From positions 1 to 64,000 of the forward strand of contig NOWV01000245.1 of assembly GCA_003344405.1 (NCBI GenBank): a stretch of DNA of 64,000 nucleotides, read 5' to 3'. Under the pieces are notes generated by a model that saw only the letters and a list, made by a program, of their open reading frames with translations, ran no database searches and was not told the origin of the DNA. Source of the DNA: Trichoplax sp. H2. Taxonomy: Eukaryota. The translations under genes were made by a program, and so were the position numbers. Each line of letters starts with the position of its first letter. Position 1 is the first letter of the stretch. Of the stretch, positions 11,151 to 23,600 are shown in pieces.

Positions 11151-11873
11151 TTAATTAAATTTAACTTTGAATAAAATTTCGCCAACTTCCATGACTTGAT
11201 TTTCAAATTCATGTCTTTCAGTAATCGAGCGTTCAATGAGTTCGACACTTGCTAGAGGCTTAAAAGCGATATAAATACCCTCTTCAGCAGTAGGGATATC
11301 GTGATTTGCATCGCCTTCACTGACAATCTCATATTCTGAAACTGCGACTAAAACAGTAGCCGAACTAGTCAATAAAGTGCTCATATGTTGCACATATTCA
11401 GCTCTGCGTTTCATGGGTACCGAATTAAATGCTCCTCTGTCCCAAACGCTGTCCAATGGATAACCAACAATGCGTGGCGACAACTGGTAATGATCGCATT
11501 GAAATATTCTAATATCTAACTTTTCATCTTTACTGCAATATACGTTGCCATCAATGCCATCTAGAGCACGTATCTCATAAGGTATTTGATTTTCGGTGAA
11601 AAAATTTTGGCAAGCAAAAGCGACACATTCAGAGCCAACCACAGAGCATCCTTTTCGAGCAAGCCATAATAAATCCAACGAGTTACCACATAAAGGTACA
11701 AAAACACGATTATGGCGATCTGCTTGAATAATCATCTCATGGAATTTAACCATCATGGGATGAAATTTGGACGTCATACTGCCTAATTGGCCATCATTCC
11801 ACATCTTTTCCCAATCTTGAACTGTATAACTATCGTATTCATTGAATTCATCAACAGTCATTGGTTGCGCCAT
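11151..11873 (-). CDS. TPMT: TPMT-family methyltransferase, copy 3 (older, inverted paralogue), single coding exon, 240 aa
   Basis: RVFVPLCGNSLDLLWLARKGCSVVGSE, IFQCD and LDSVWDRGAF. Colinear without gaps to copies 1 and 2 at roughly half identity by eye. Confidence 0.92.
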   Translation of the reverse strand: MAQPMTVDEFNEYDSYTVQDWEKMWNDGQLGSMTSKFHPMMVKFHEMIIQADRHNRVFVPLCGNSLDLLWLARKGCSVVGSECVAFACQNFFTENQIPYEIRALDGIDGNVYCSKDEKLDIRIFQCDHYQLSPRIVGYPLDSVWDRGAFNSVPMKRRAEYVQHMSTLLTSSATVLVAVSEYEIVSEGDANHDIPTAEEGIYIAFKPLASVELIERSITERHEFENQVMEVGEILFKVKFN

Positions 11874-12552
11874 GATGTCAATAATTTCGTGTGGATTCTA
11901 TCGATTACTGTGAGACCAAAAAAGAGTGGAGATCGTTAAAACAGCTTTGGAATAGGTGTATTTATCCAATAATCTTCTACAATTTCAGCAATAAAATGAT
12001 CTTTAGCAATTGCTTATGGATCTATATGCAATTTCTTCTTCGTCCTTGTACTAGCTGGTGGATAAATAATTCGTGCAAGCAGAGAGCTTCCTTCTGGACA
12101 GGATGATAGAATACCTTTGAAAGGGGACAGACAGGACGAGCTGGACGGTGCTTGGTCATGACAATTATTTTGCTTGTAGTTACTCAAATACAGGTCACTG
12201 TTTAATGTTTTAGACTGTTGTGACAACCTCTTTGGCGATTGTACTACCAAAATTGATGTCACCTTATTCAGAGTACTGATACTGGACAGTCATTTTTTGG
12301 ATCAATATATGGATGGAGGTGACATTATTATTACACAGTCGCAGAATCTATCGATGGATACACCCGTATACATTATCGAGTAGTTCATAGTATAGCATAA
12401 TCCATTGCTAGTCGCCTCCAACACTGCTGGGTCGATGACTGTGCAAAACTACGGTTAAAAGAAAACCTCTAGTCAATTACTCAAACATAGGCTGGAATAG
12501 AAGGTTGTGACCATGACTACCAAGTCCATTCCTATAAGAAATCGATCAAATC

Positions 12553-12582
12553 CGTCAGCATTGCGCAAACGCAATGCTGACG
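12553..12582. promoter_or_regulatory. Perfect 13-bp inverted repeat with 4-nt spacer in the TPMT-3/GLRX3 divergent promoter region
   Basis: CGTCAGCATTGCG-CAAA-CGCAATGCTGACG, ending 75 nt before the GLRX3 ATG. A regulatory role is inferred, not shown. Confidence 0.55.
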
Positions 12583-12657
12583 CATTCCATCACTTCCAAT
12601 TTCACATCTTGCAAAAAGAGCAAAAGGGTCGCTGGAAGAGCAAGAAAATTCTTCATC

Positions 12658-15266
12658 ATGCTTGTAGTCAGTGTCAGTACGCCAGAAGAATTCAATGATA
12701 TTCTTCAGGAAGTCGGAAGGTAATGCTACAGCATATTGTAATCGTGTTGTTCTGCATGAAACGCATGTCTAGTGGGTCGACGAGCCATGCCAATCTCCAG
12801 TCTTGCTCTTAAGAATGGAGCAGTTAGAAATACAACTTGCAAATGGCTGAGCAATGTCATGCTTTATACTTTCCTATCTGGGCTATCATGATTCATAGTG
12901 AATATCAATACTATTCCAAGCTTATCGTTATATACTTTACGCAATAATCACTTCCATTCATAGTAAACTACTTGGCAACTCTGATTGTGCCTGAGTGGAA
13001 AGTATATGTACAGTACACTGTACAGTATAGCAAATATCAATCATCTGTAACCTAGACAACGATCGCTAGCTTAAGAACTGGCATGGTAGCATAATGTATT
13101 AGCTGCTAGAAGGATGCAAAGACTATGCCATGGCAGGATAAATGATGATGACATTATATTTATTATCTATCATAGTGCACTAACTGTGGTTCACTTTTGG
13201 GCGACATGGGCCGCGCAATGCTTGCAAATGAATGTTGTCTTAGACGAACTTGCCAACAAATACCTCAACATCAAATTTGTCAAGGTTTGTCTATACAATA
13301 AGACGACCCTTCTACTTCTTAATATTCTCCTAGTATTTGTAAATAGAGATAGATAATGCATTGCACTATAGATTATACTGATTAGCGTAGGCTGACTATG
13401 TTTACAATTGGGCAATTTCGATTTTAAGGATAAGACTGTTATAATGGACACGGGTTGTGGAATGATCCAACTTTCTATTGTAACATGCTATTTCAATCAT
13501 AATTTATGTCTGCCTTCTTATTGCAATCATAGATTGAAGCAGAATCTATGCCCGAAATATCACTTCAATATAATATTGCTGCTGTACCGACGTTCATCTT
13601 GATGAAGGTATAGTGCAAATAATTGGACGAATATATATAGAGATACTTGGCGATACCATTTGCACTGATATTTATTATATTATATATTACTACTGTACGG
13701 GGTATTAGGCTGCCAAAGAAATTGACAGAATTAATGGCGCTAATACCAGTTTACTAGTTACAAAAGTTGGACAACATACAAATACTACTGTGCCGGTATC
13801 CTTGGATTCTATCCAAACACCTCAAGAAACTAAAGAAGTAGGAAGAAATTGAACTTCATACCTCTAGCTTGATATCAAAAATGAACTTGCCTTATTCTTA
13901 TGTTAAAATATCTACGACTATTTATGCAGGAAGTGAACTCTAGAATTAAAAAACTGCTAAACAGTCATAAATGCATGTTATTTATGAAAGGAGTCCCAGA
14001 CGAGCCCAAATGTGGTAAGAAATACATGAGTGCTGGATCACCATTACTTTTTGGAACAATCCTTTATAAATGCTTTGGCAATGAAGATTTACTGTTTTAT
14101 TTATCTCTGTTGATATTTTTTAACTTTAGGATTTAGCCGTCAATTGATAAACATATTAAATGACCACAATGTCGATTATGGTTACTTTAATATCCTGAGT
14201 GACAATGAAATTAGGCAAGGTTTGTGTAAACGAGCCAACGGCCTTGTTATAATCTTCAAATATTTCTGCGCATGTACACGAATCGTTTTAGTGCTGAGTG
14301 TGCCAAAAACTGAAGTAGTATGTTATGTGCAGGTTTAAAGAAATACTCAGATTGGCCTACGTATCCTCAGCTTTATGTTGATGGTGAAATGCTAGGTGGT
14401 TTAGATATTGTAAAGGTTCGCTATTACTGTTTATATACTTTATGGATATTATCCGTTTTTTTTCTTTCATATCTAGTAGTTTCCTAACTTAATATATTAA
14501 GGTTAATATACGTATATAGGACATGATAGAAAGTGGAGATTTTGCGTCAATGGTACCTAAGAAACAGAATGTAAATGAGAGAATCGAAAAATTGTTAAAA
14601 TCGTCCAAAGTCCTCCTTTTCATGAAGGGATCGCCAGATGTAAAGATATTTTCTATGTACTGTAGATCATTTAGAATCGAATAGATCATGACATTGACTG
14701 CATAAAATAATGATCGTTATAGACACCGAAATGTGGCTTCAGTAAGCGTACCTGTGAAATTTTGAATGAAACTGGGTACGTTAATAGCGTTATCTATTCG
14801 TCATATACTATGATTATCGTCAGATTAATTATAGATGTATTAGTATAGTGGTATGTGGGTTATACGCTTAGTGGCTTAGCACAAAGCTCTAAGAATACCA
14901 TGCTTATCTCATTTATAGGGTAGCATATGCGACTTTCGATATCCTGGCTGATCAAGAGGTTCGAAGATATGCAACACATTTAGTAATAGTTTGATTCTTA
15001 AATTAGCTGTTGTACGTTAAAATTTTTATCTTTATCTCGATCAGGTTCGTGCTGGCTTAAAAAAGTACTCAGATTGGCCTACATACCCTCAATTATATGT
15101 TGATGGTCAATTCATTGGTGGTCTCGATATCATTGAAGTAAATCTTCTAATCTAATAATATTAATCTGACTTGATACTGATATATATTTAACCTTCTTTT
15201 CTCTCTAATTTAACCTAGGAAATGTATGAATCGAACGAATTGATCACCTGCTTGAAAGGAGAATAA
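12658..15266 (+). CDS. GLRX3: Glutaredoxin-3 (PICOT; Trx-like domain plus two monothiol CGFS Grx domains), 12 exons, ~328 aa
   Basis: Exons 12658-12719, 13176-13284, 13533-13607, 13709-13837, 13930-14014, 14130-14219, 14333-14415, 14520-14639, 14723-14775, 14919-14958, 15045-15137 and 15219-15266, all GT-AG and in frame. Motifs [24 protein letters not shown] (x2) and [14 protein letters not shown]...GGLDI (x2). Confidence 0.96.
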
Positions 15267-16532
15267 TTGAAATTATCCAAGACCTGAATCTTATTCAGTT
15301 ATAATTGCATAACGCATGACTTCCTATTAAGTTATAACTTATCTACTGTTCTCTCATGGATGTAATGAACACAATGATTTCTTGATGAATTCTTAATTCG
15401 TATGATATCTAAGAGATAGAAATGAGTACTAATGCTTGCATTTCTACGTCAGTTACTGTAATGAATCTGTTTGTATCTAGTATAAATCATTCACAAGAGA
15501 TGTACTATTAACTTTTTATGCAATCGCGGTTTTTAAACCACATACCAGCAAATATTTTACTAACCAGTCTGATTCTCAGTAACATTGCTGTTACCGTTAT
15601 TGTCTACCGTGGAATGCAGAAAATTGTAAAGAACTTAAAAACATTGGCGTCCATTCAAGAGTTTATGTACAAAATTACCCTTATGTGAATGTGTGAATGT
15701 CGATAGTAGGCATCAAATAGACATACTAGGTATCATACTGTTTGCAGCAGTATCTTGAATTGTAAAATAAAATTAGTGACAAAACGGCGTAACGGGCTTA
15801 CAGATACTGTGTAGCTTTTATAGACTACCCTATAAACTCAAGATTAATTGCTGAACCCTAATAGCAATGCACGTATAAAATATCAAATTTATTAAGGATA
15901 AAAACGAGTTTTACTTTTTAGATCTCGCTACTTTTCAGCGGGTAATTTTGCGACAAGTATGCGTAGCGCAATTAATTACGGTAACCTAAAATTTTAATGA
16001 AAACCATCAGGAATAAATATTATATTGCCCAATATATGCTATGTAACCTTTCATAAAATTTTTTACTACAGTAAATGGAGGTGATTTTATGTGCATTCTA
16101 TGTTAATACAGCACATAGATCCTCTGATTATATTAAAGCTAGTTAAGTTGTTTCAGTAACACTAGCTTAATTTAGGAAAATTCGAATACCGTTTCGGTCA
16201 ATCATAGTGCAGTATACAGTATCTACTATTTTATGACATGTATCTTCAAAAGTATAAGTAAAATTTAATAATTAAGAGTGCATTGCACAGTAACTATTTC
16301 AATTTAATAATACCTCTCGCATCATAAGTAGTCCTTTCGTCGTAACTTTTACGAAACATCATACTATAAATATAGAAGTGTTAGTGATTAAATATAAGTG
16401 ATCGCCGGGTTAGCCCACATAAACCCACTACGAAAATCTTTTTCAACGTTGATTTATCATAATTGAAATGTTCCTAAATTTCTTTTTAAAAGGCTTTATT
16501 TGAATTTCTTAATGGCAGAGCGATTGTCACGA

Positions 16533-19500
16533 TTACACCGGAACACCACAATTTTCTTTTTCCTGTTTACAAGAAAGCAATATATTTAGTTCCCCTCAAA
16601 AGTCATTATGCAAGCAGTAAATATAATATAACTGTAGGTTAGGAGTTACTGTAAAATAGATTGATTAATAGACCTTGTTTAATTTGATTCTTTTCGGTAG
16701 ATGAAAGCTACCTTGTCTTAGCTGGCGAACTTTAGACTAGATGATTTCGAAAAAGCAAGCATAAAGTTATTTAAAGTACATTGTTATCATATTTATAGTG
16801 AATTATCGAAAAACAGCAAACCATTTTGGGCGTTTCCAAATTAGTATCGCGGCCAACCGTCTAGAAAATGCGAATTTTATCAATTATTATTCTTGTACAT
16901 GATATCTTTCCAGATATACACCATAGAAATGAGGGAAAAGTACTTTTTATCCAATGATTTGACTAAGGCAATATCATCTTTACCTTAATTACAGGAGTAG
17001 AAACGCCAAACGCACTTTTTGTAATGGAATTGACTGGATCCTATAATTCGTGAGCAAAAAATAGTATTTATGAATACATATATCAGCATGAGTCTAAAGT
17101 ATTATATCAACATATTACAACTAAATCTTACCAATCCGTTAACAACTGCACTTTGTGGAGTTTTAAACAATTTTCTGTGGAGCTAATTACAAAAATGATT
17201 AAATATTGTTAGGTGTAAAATTCATTTTAAAGTGCACATACATTTACTTTATTAGTTCTAAGTAACCTGAGGAGTTGCTATTGGTGTTGCATGCATTGGT
17301 CTATAAGCACTGTTTGGAGTAGCGTTGACCTATAGATATAAAGAATTTACAATAATGAATAGCTTTAATTTTCTGCATTCATAGGTACCGTATGTCTGCT
17401 ATTATAAAGATATGATCGGCTGCGACAGAAGCCGTTACAATACAAATAAACGAAAATGATATTAATTATATTAATTTATATACGATAACATGAGATCAGC
17501 CTGAAAAGACAACTTTAATCAAGTATTAACTATAAAATTACTTTAGCAAGTGATCGTTTAGCTGACATAGGAGGAGTGCCAACGTGATACTTGTCGAACT
17601 TTTTTAGCATTGCATTTCGTTGAGCCTCGTCAGGTATTTGTTTGATTTGGTCTAACAGCTGTGAAAGAGCTGCAGCAGTGTGTTGGTTTGTTTCTTCTTC
17701 ATAGTTTGTCGATTTTTTGGCTGAACTTGGTATAGCAATTTCGGCTAAGGCATCGTCCTTTCATAGATCATTGCATAGATTGGAAGGTAAATGTATTATA
17801 TGAGAAACTGATGATTACTTGAAATTTCCGGTTAATAACGTAAGGATTGCTATAGTGATGTATGATACGAATAGGTATAGCTGGTTTTTGGAAACATGAC
17901 AAACCTCTTCACTATTTTCAATTTTCTTCATATACTTCTCAATTTGGACTGAAATATCACATGGAATCTGAAGGAAAGTAACTTTGTCAATTGGTCTTAT
18001 CTATGATCATTTTCATTGCTAATAGTTTTTAAATTGGGTAAGTATGTAATAATGGTATGATTATTGGTATACCTTTAACACATTTTGAAAATTTTCAATC
18101 ATGAAGGTAACTATGCTCATGAGTAATTCAATATCATTAGCTTCTGTTGCTAGATCCTGCATAAAATTTATGCCATAAAAATATTAACTGATACCGCTAG
18201 TCTCTTCAATAAAATTTAAAGATTAATGATACTGTTGAGATGTGTAGAGACGGATGGTAAATAGATGCTCTTTGTCTTACCTTTCCGAAATGTATCATAT
18301 TCGGAGTAAATACAACAGCTAAGTTGTAAGCGGTCATTTTACTCGCTCTTAATCTGGAAATTTTATGTAATAGTCCAAGTAGTTGGTGTAAAATTTCTCT
18401 ACTTTCTGGAGACAGCAAAAGTAGTAATAATTGTAACGCTTCTAATCTTTTCCCATCATTTTGTAGCTCTACAGACAACCACAGAGAATATTAGAATAAC
18501 AATATTTACGGGTATGATGTATGTTAATAAGCTGATTGCAGATAATCAATCTTACAAATAGCGTTGTTGAAGTCATGGATTAGAGGAATTGTTATGGCGC
18601 TATGAAGTTATACATTGTGTAGATAGATACTCACCAGCAGTTTTGTAGTAAATTGAATAGTGATTTTCAGGTAAGAAGGAAACTGGTAACTCGCTAAAGA
18701 AGTTCTTTAGTAAATCTCCAACATCGAATGGCGTATACTCTCCACTTGCCAATTCCTTGCTTATATTTATATTATCATTGTCGATAAGTTCTTTAAGCTG
18801 AGCGATACGTCTTTTATTGCCTGATACGCGGAATATACCTTCCCTGTCAGCATCTAAGGAAATAATTTAATTTGTTAGCATGTAATTACTTTACTGTTAA
18901 GATTGAAAAATATACGTATAAATCTATCCTTTATTAAAATCATCTTATTGAGATTTATTTCAGAACTTGATTATGACTTGAATAATAGTATTATTAATTA
19001 GTTATTTTACTTTCACTAATAATCTTAACGGTTGAATTGATTCTAAATTTTCCTTCACTGAATTAGAAGCTGTAAGGCTAGTAGTGTTACATGTTTTAAC
19101 CAGTAATTCATTCTCATACCTTGATCTATTTATCTCAAAATAATTTACGTTACTGTCCCTGTGCTATAACTTTACAGTTATTAATGGTTAATTAATATAA
19201 TACCGAAGCCTTTGATTAATTATATATTCCATCTGTATACATGCAGTATATTACATAACTAGTATTCTTTTAGAACCGTGATTTCAACACTCTACGCGTT
19301 CGGGATGTATATGAAGAGGTTATAACTCACTTTCATGTAAGAACTTTAATAAAGGAATAATTGAATCCAAGGTCTCTTCTGCGATTGGTGAGCCGAAAAC
19401 TTTCTTACCTTGTTATAGTTATAATTTTAAAGAGCATGTTAGTTACAATTTTAAAAATAGAATATAACCAGGTGTATACGTTTATTACATATAATATGCT

Positions 19501-20685
19501 ACATCTAATTTTCTTGGGGCCAATACTTTACATAGTTTGACATATACATACATTAGATGAGAATTTTACATCAAATTATAGGCAAGACTGTGTAGTATAT
19601 CGCTATACATGAACAACTGCCATAGCAGCTAATCACGTTACTTTGGCAATGATGATATAATATAAGGAAATGTAACATAAAATACAAATATGAAAATAGT
19701 TCGTGAAAAGACTACTAGTTATTCAGACTAAAAGAGCTATCCAATCTGAATTATTGAAAGTGCCAACCAAGATTAGATACCTTTCGATATCTAAACATGA
19801 TATCATGGAAATTAATTACCGATATTAAACATCGTAGCTACTAACCCAGATATCTCTTGTAGTTTCGATTTAAAAGCTGATATTGACTATCCATTGATGT
19901 TTTTGTATATTAATTTTAACAATGCATTCGTCTTACTTTTGGTACAAAACAGGGATAAAATAGTACGAAATGAGATTAGCGAAGTAATGCTATTGTATGA
20001 TAAGGATGGTGTAGAAGATTAATTAATTAATGATATTATAATTATTTTTTGATTATTTTTAATTAAAGGAATATTTAGATAATAATAATAATTAACTTTA
20101 ATTTTAATATCAGCTTGGTGAATACTTATTAGATTGGACTATATTGTGGATTCAATCGTAGATATTGCTTTCATCATTGTGAAAGCTATTTTCTGATAGG
20201 GAATAGTTTATCATTCATTTCAGTGTAGGATTAGCTACGTCATGTATAGTACTTTATATCATGGAGTAGTTCTATACGATGCTTTATGATTGATATTGAA
20301 GTTATTTTAGGTAGAGTGAAGAAAAGATTGCTTGCCAAACAGTCTATTAAGTCACGAAATACGGTAGTTGTAGTTGCATAAAATTTGAATAAAACATCAA
20401 GCACATCTATGCAATATTTATGGCAAGAAAGATAAAATACTAACCTTTCTTGTTTGATTTTTCGCTATGATGAGCGTGGGATAGATTAAAAAATTGAAAA
20501 GATTTCTTTTTTAAAATGGCGGTTAAATTTTTACTCAAGTTACGTGTTTGATTGCCTTGATCACTTTCACATTGTAGAAATTCATCCAAATCTTCAATGT
20601 CTAATAATCGTGTTAATCCACTACAGCAAATGGTATACAATGCGTCACGATTTATATCAGTTACTCTGCATGGGCTACTCTCCAT
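16533..20685 (-). CDS. ARHGAP19: Rho GTPase-activating protein 19 orthologue, 13 coding exons, ~463 aa
   Basis: Exons 20445-20685, 19331-19408, 18635-18853, 18281-18468, 18073-18156, 17905-17967, 17542-17757, 17267-17329, 17132-17182, 16984-17040, 16822-16860, 16674-16736 and 16533-16562. RhoGAP arginine finger EGIFRVSG and KMTAYNLAVVFTP. ARHGAP19-like segments LTRLLDI, VFGSPI.EE and EETNQHTAAALSQL...IPDEAQR. The last two exons are less certain. Confidence 0.88.
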
Positions 20686-23600
20686 CGCTATTGAAAAAGT
20701 TCAAAGTACGCGTAGATATTTAATCAAGATCAATGTCTGAAAGAAGGAGAAATGGAATATTTCTTTAAAGCTTGTGAAAATAAATTTAATTTAATGAAGG
20801 ATAGCAGGAAAGGTATGTTGAAGTAAGTTTTGATCGATATTGTCGATGGTGATTGGTGATCATTAATCACTACGATGACATGAAGCAATTGTATTCACCA
20901 GTATTCTTGTAATACAGGAGCAACAAGACCGTCTGTACAAGATATATCAATGCGTGTAAATATCGCCAATAATTCTAATTAGAATAACGATCAATTCTTT
21001 CAAGTTGGATGTGTAATCGTACTATCGTCTGCAATCTCGATGCTCTCCAGCTATGCCCAGTTTGATCAAGATGTTGAACACAACGTGCAATCAAGATGAT
21101 GACCATGTAATGTATTCAATCGATTAGCGTCATGAATTACAGCTAGTAATTTCGATGTTTTTCTGCTCTAAAATAAGATGATGGCCTAAATAGTTGAACA
21201 GTCGATAGGGATGCCAATTTAGCAGCAAGCGATCATAAGTTGTTTTAAATTTCGATTGCAGAGAGTAATCTGAAGTGGTGATGGTTAATCGAGCTTGGTT
21301 TCGCTAGCAATGATGATAACTACGATCGAAGACGATAGGCTTAGGCAATACTATGCATCATGTATTTAAAATTCAAACAAACACTTGATCTTGTAACTGT
21401 TGAAGTTTAATTTGCATAGAATTTTCAATTGTATCAGTAGGAGAAACAAAGGTTGTTTACTACTTGTTGTAAATTAATGGCTAGCATCCGTTCAAATATT
21501 GCAGACACGTCGTCCTTTAGTGCTGGAACATGACTCCTAAAACTAGAGTATTGTATGCCGATGAAACGGCAAACAACAATATGACCAGTATCGTCTTCTC
21601 CTGTCGCATCGTTGATACACGCCCTCGGTTAAAAATTCAAATTTCCAAGGTTATCCAATCAATGCTCACTTTCCTCTGCGCAGACGTGATGCGTCTCACG
21701 AAGGCTAGATAATGTACTGTACATTGTACGCTGTACAGTACAGTGTTAAGTACTATAAAGATTAATCTTTGCACTGTAGTCGGACGGACTCCCGAATGAC
21801 ACTGTCCAAATTTTTCGATAGTGCCATTGCTGCAGACTACTGGATAAATCGGTATATTATATGGAATTGACGTCCAAATTAGCTGCTAAGTTGGTTTGGT
21901 CTTAGGTACACAGTAGTAGAGTAGGTAAAAAATGATAATTCATTAGAATTTACTGGAGAAAAGTGGAAAAATAAGCCTTTTTACTGGTTAATGTACTGTA
22001 TACTTGTACTTGTATAGTGGACATGTGGCGTCTCTAGCTGTTTAATGTACTCCACTCTCAGTGGACAGTAAACAGAAAGAGACTACTATGTGCAGTACTG
22101 TACTGAACAGTGCATAGTACATGAATTCTGTACTGTATCTCTATGACGACAAAGTTAGCACCTAGAGGTTTGCACATTCTTTTTTGCTTCTTAAATGGCC
22201 ACGTCGACTCTAGCGATGGACTACATGGACTAATTCTCATCATTGAGTTTGTTGAATTACTGTACGTAAAATACAATTCGACAAAACGATTCGTTTCCTC
22301 AACACCTTCTCAACACCTTCATCAAGGTGTTGAAACTTCAGGATAGAAACAGTCTTCAGCGACAGATCTTGACAGCCATGCAAAGTAGCCTGAATCGCAC
22401 TTTTCTGGCTACTGTGATAATGTAACTCCATGCAATTTCTAACGGTAAGGTAGATTAATGAACTTTGCAATCAATGCTATTGTATTAATCAGGTCATATA
22501 TGCTAATTGAATCGAAAATCAATCACTTATTCCCAATTATAATTATGACCTAAATGTCGAACGGCAGATATTCTTAATTGAAGACATAGAAGAGATGAAG
22601 ATGCTATTTTTACTGTACTGTACAATCAAAATTGAGAAGAAGAAAAAAATGTGGAATCTTCATATCTTCTATCTTGCGTTATATGTGTATATATAGATTA
22701 ATTAGGAATACTAGCTGTTCAACTTTGTAAGTTCTTGTATGATAATAATCATAAATGGTCAATTGAGAGGAGTCCAAACAGTACGTATACGTTTACGCAT
22801 ATACGCAAAGTATCATCACTGAGACAGCGGCTTCCTCTAATGACAGTACTCTAGTTGAAAATGACTTACTGTAGTCATGAATGTTATTATTAATTAATTA
22901 ATCATATAATTAGTAACGCTCTACCTGTCCATAAATTTATATGTACGTATTTGAATTCTAATACAAGCTACACTCATATTAGCCATGCTAATCAACTAAT
23001 TAATTATTATCATAGAATTAGGGAACAAATCAAAACGTGGACAGCCAATTGGAGGCGTGACAGATCGTGGAGAAGATGATGATTACGCTATAGCTACTGC
23101 TCATATAGCGTGAGCAGTTGATGATATGATGCAGGAAGCCCTCCAATTTTTGGTCATTGAACCAAATCCCATGATGGCAAAAGCGTGATTAAAATCATGG
23201 TAAAATTCATCTTTCAATTGACTGCTATTGAGATTCAATATTACTTCAGTACATGCTCATGAAATGACTATCTAATACGTAGGTGTACATTACTCGTATT
23301 CCATTTCGGTACCTTAATGTTGGCAACATTTAAGGCAATTACTGCACGATTCCTTCACCTTTTCTGATTATCAATCAGTGAACGAAAAGATGATTATGAT
23401 ATTTATCAACAGAAAAACATAACCGACCTCTCCATAGGTAGCATTAGGACTACTCTCATACCTATAGAAGGTATGCTAAATGTTGAATTGTTTATATACG
23501 TTTATACTGTATACTGTTGTGTGATGAATCTTTGACTGCGAAACTAAAAGGCTTATTTACTGCTGTTACTTGGCACTGAGCATTACTAATTGTCAGTCAT

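Noticed and set aside
13796..13804. GTATCCTTG, a U12-like donor inside GLRX3 exon 4 (in phase 0)
   Set aside because: There is no U12 branch sequence before the next acceptor (13929), and the ordinary donor at 13838 gives a linker of normal length. Treated as coding coincidence (V-S-L).
23521..23579. Possible C/D box snoRNA (GTGATGA ... CTGA)
   Set aside because: No terminal stem in the right register and no convincing rRNA-complementary guide adjacent to the D box.
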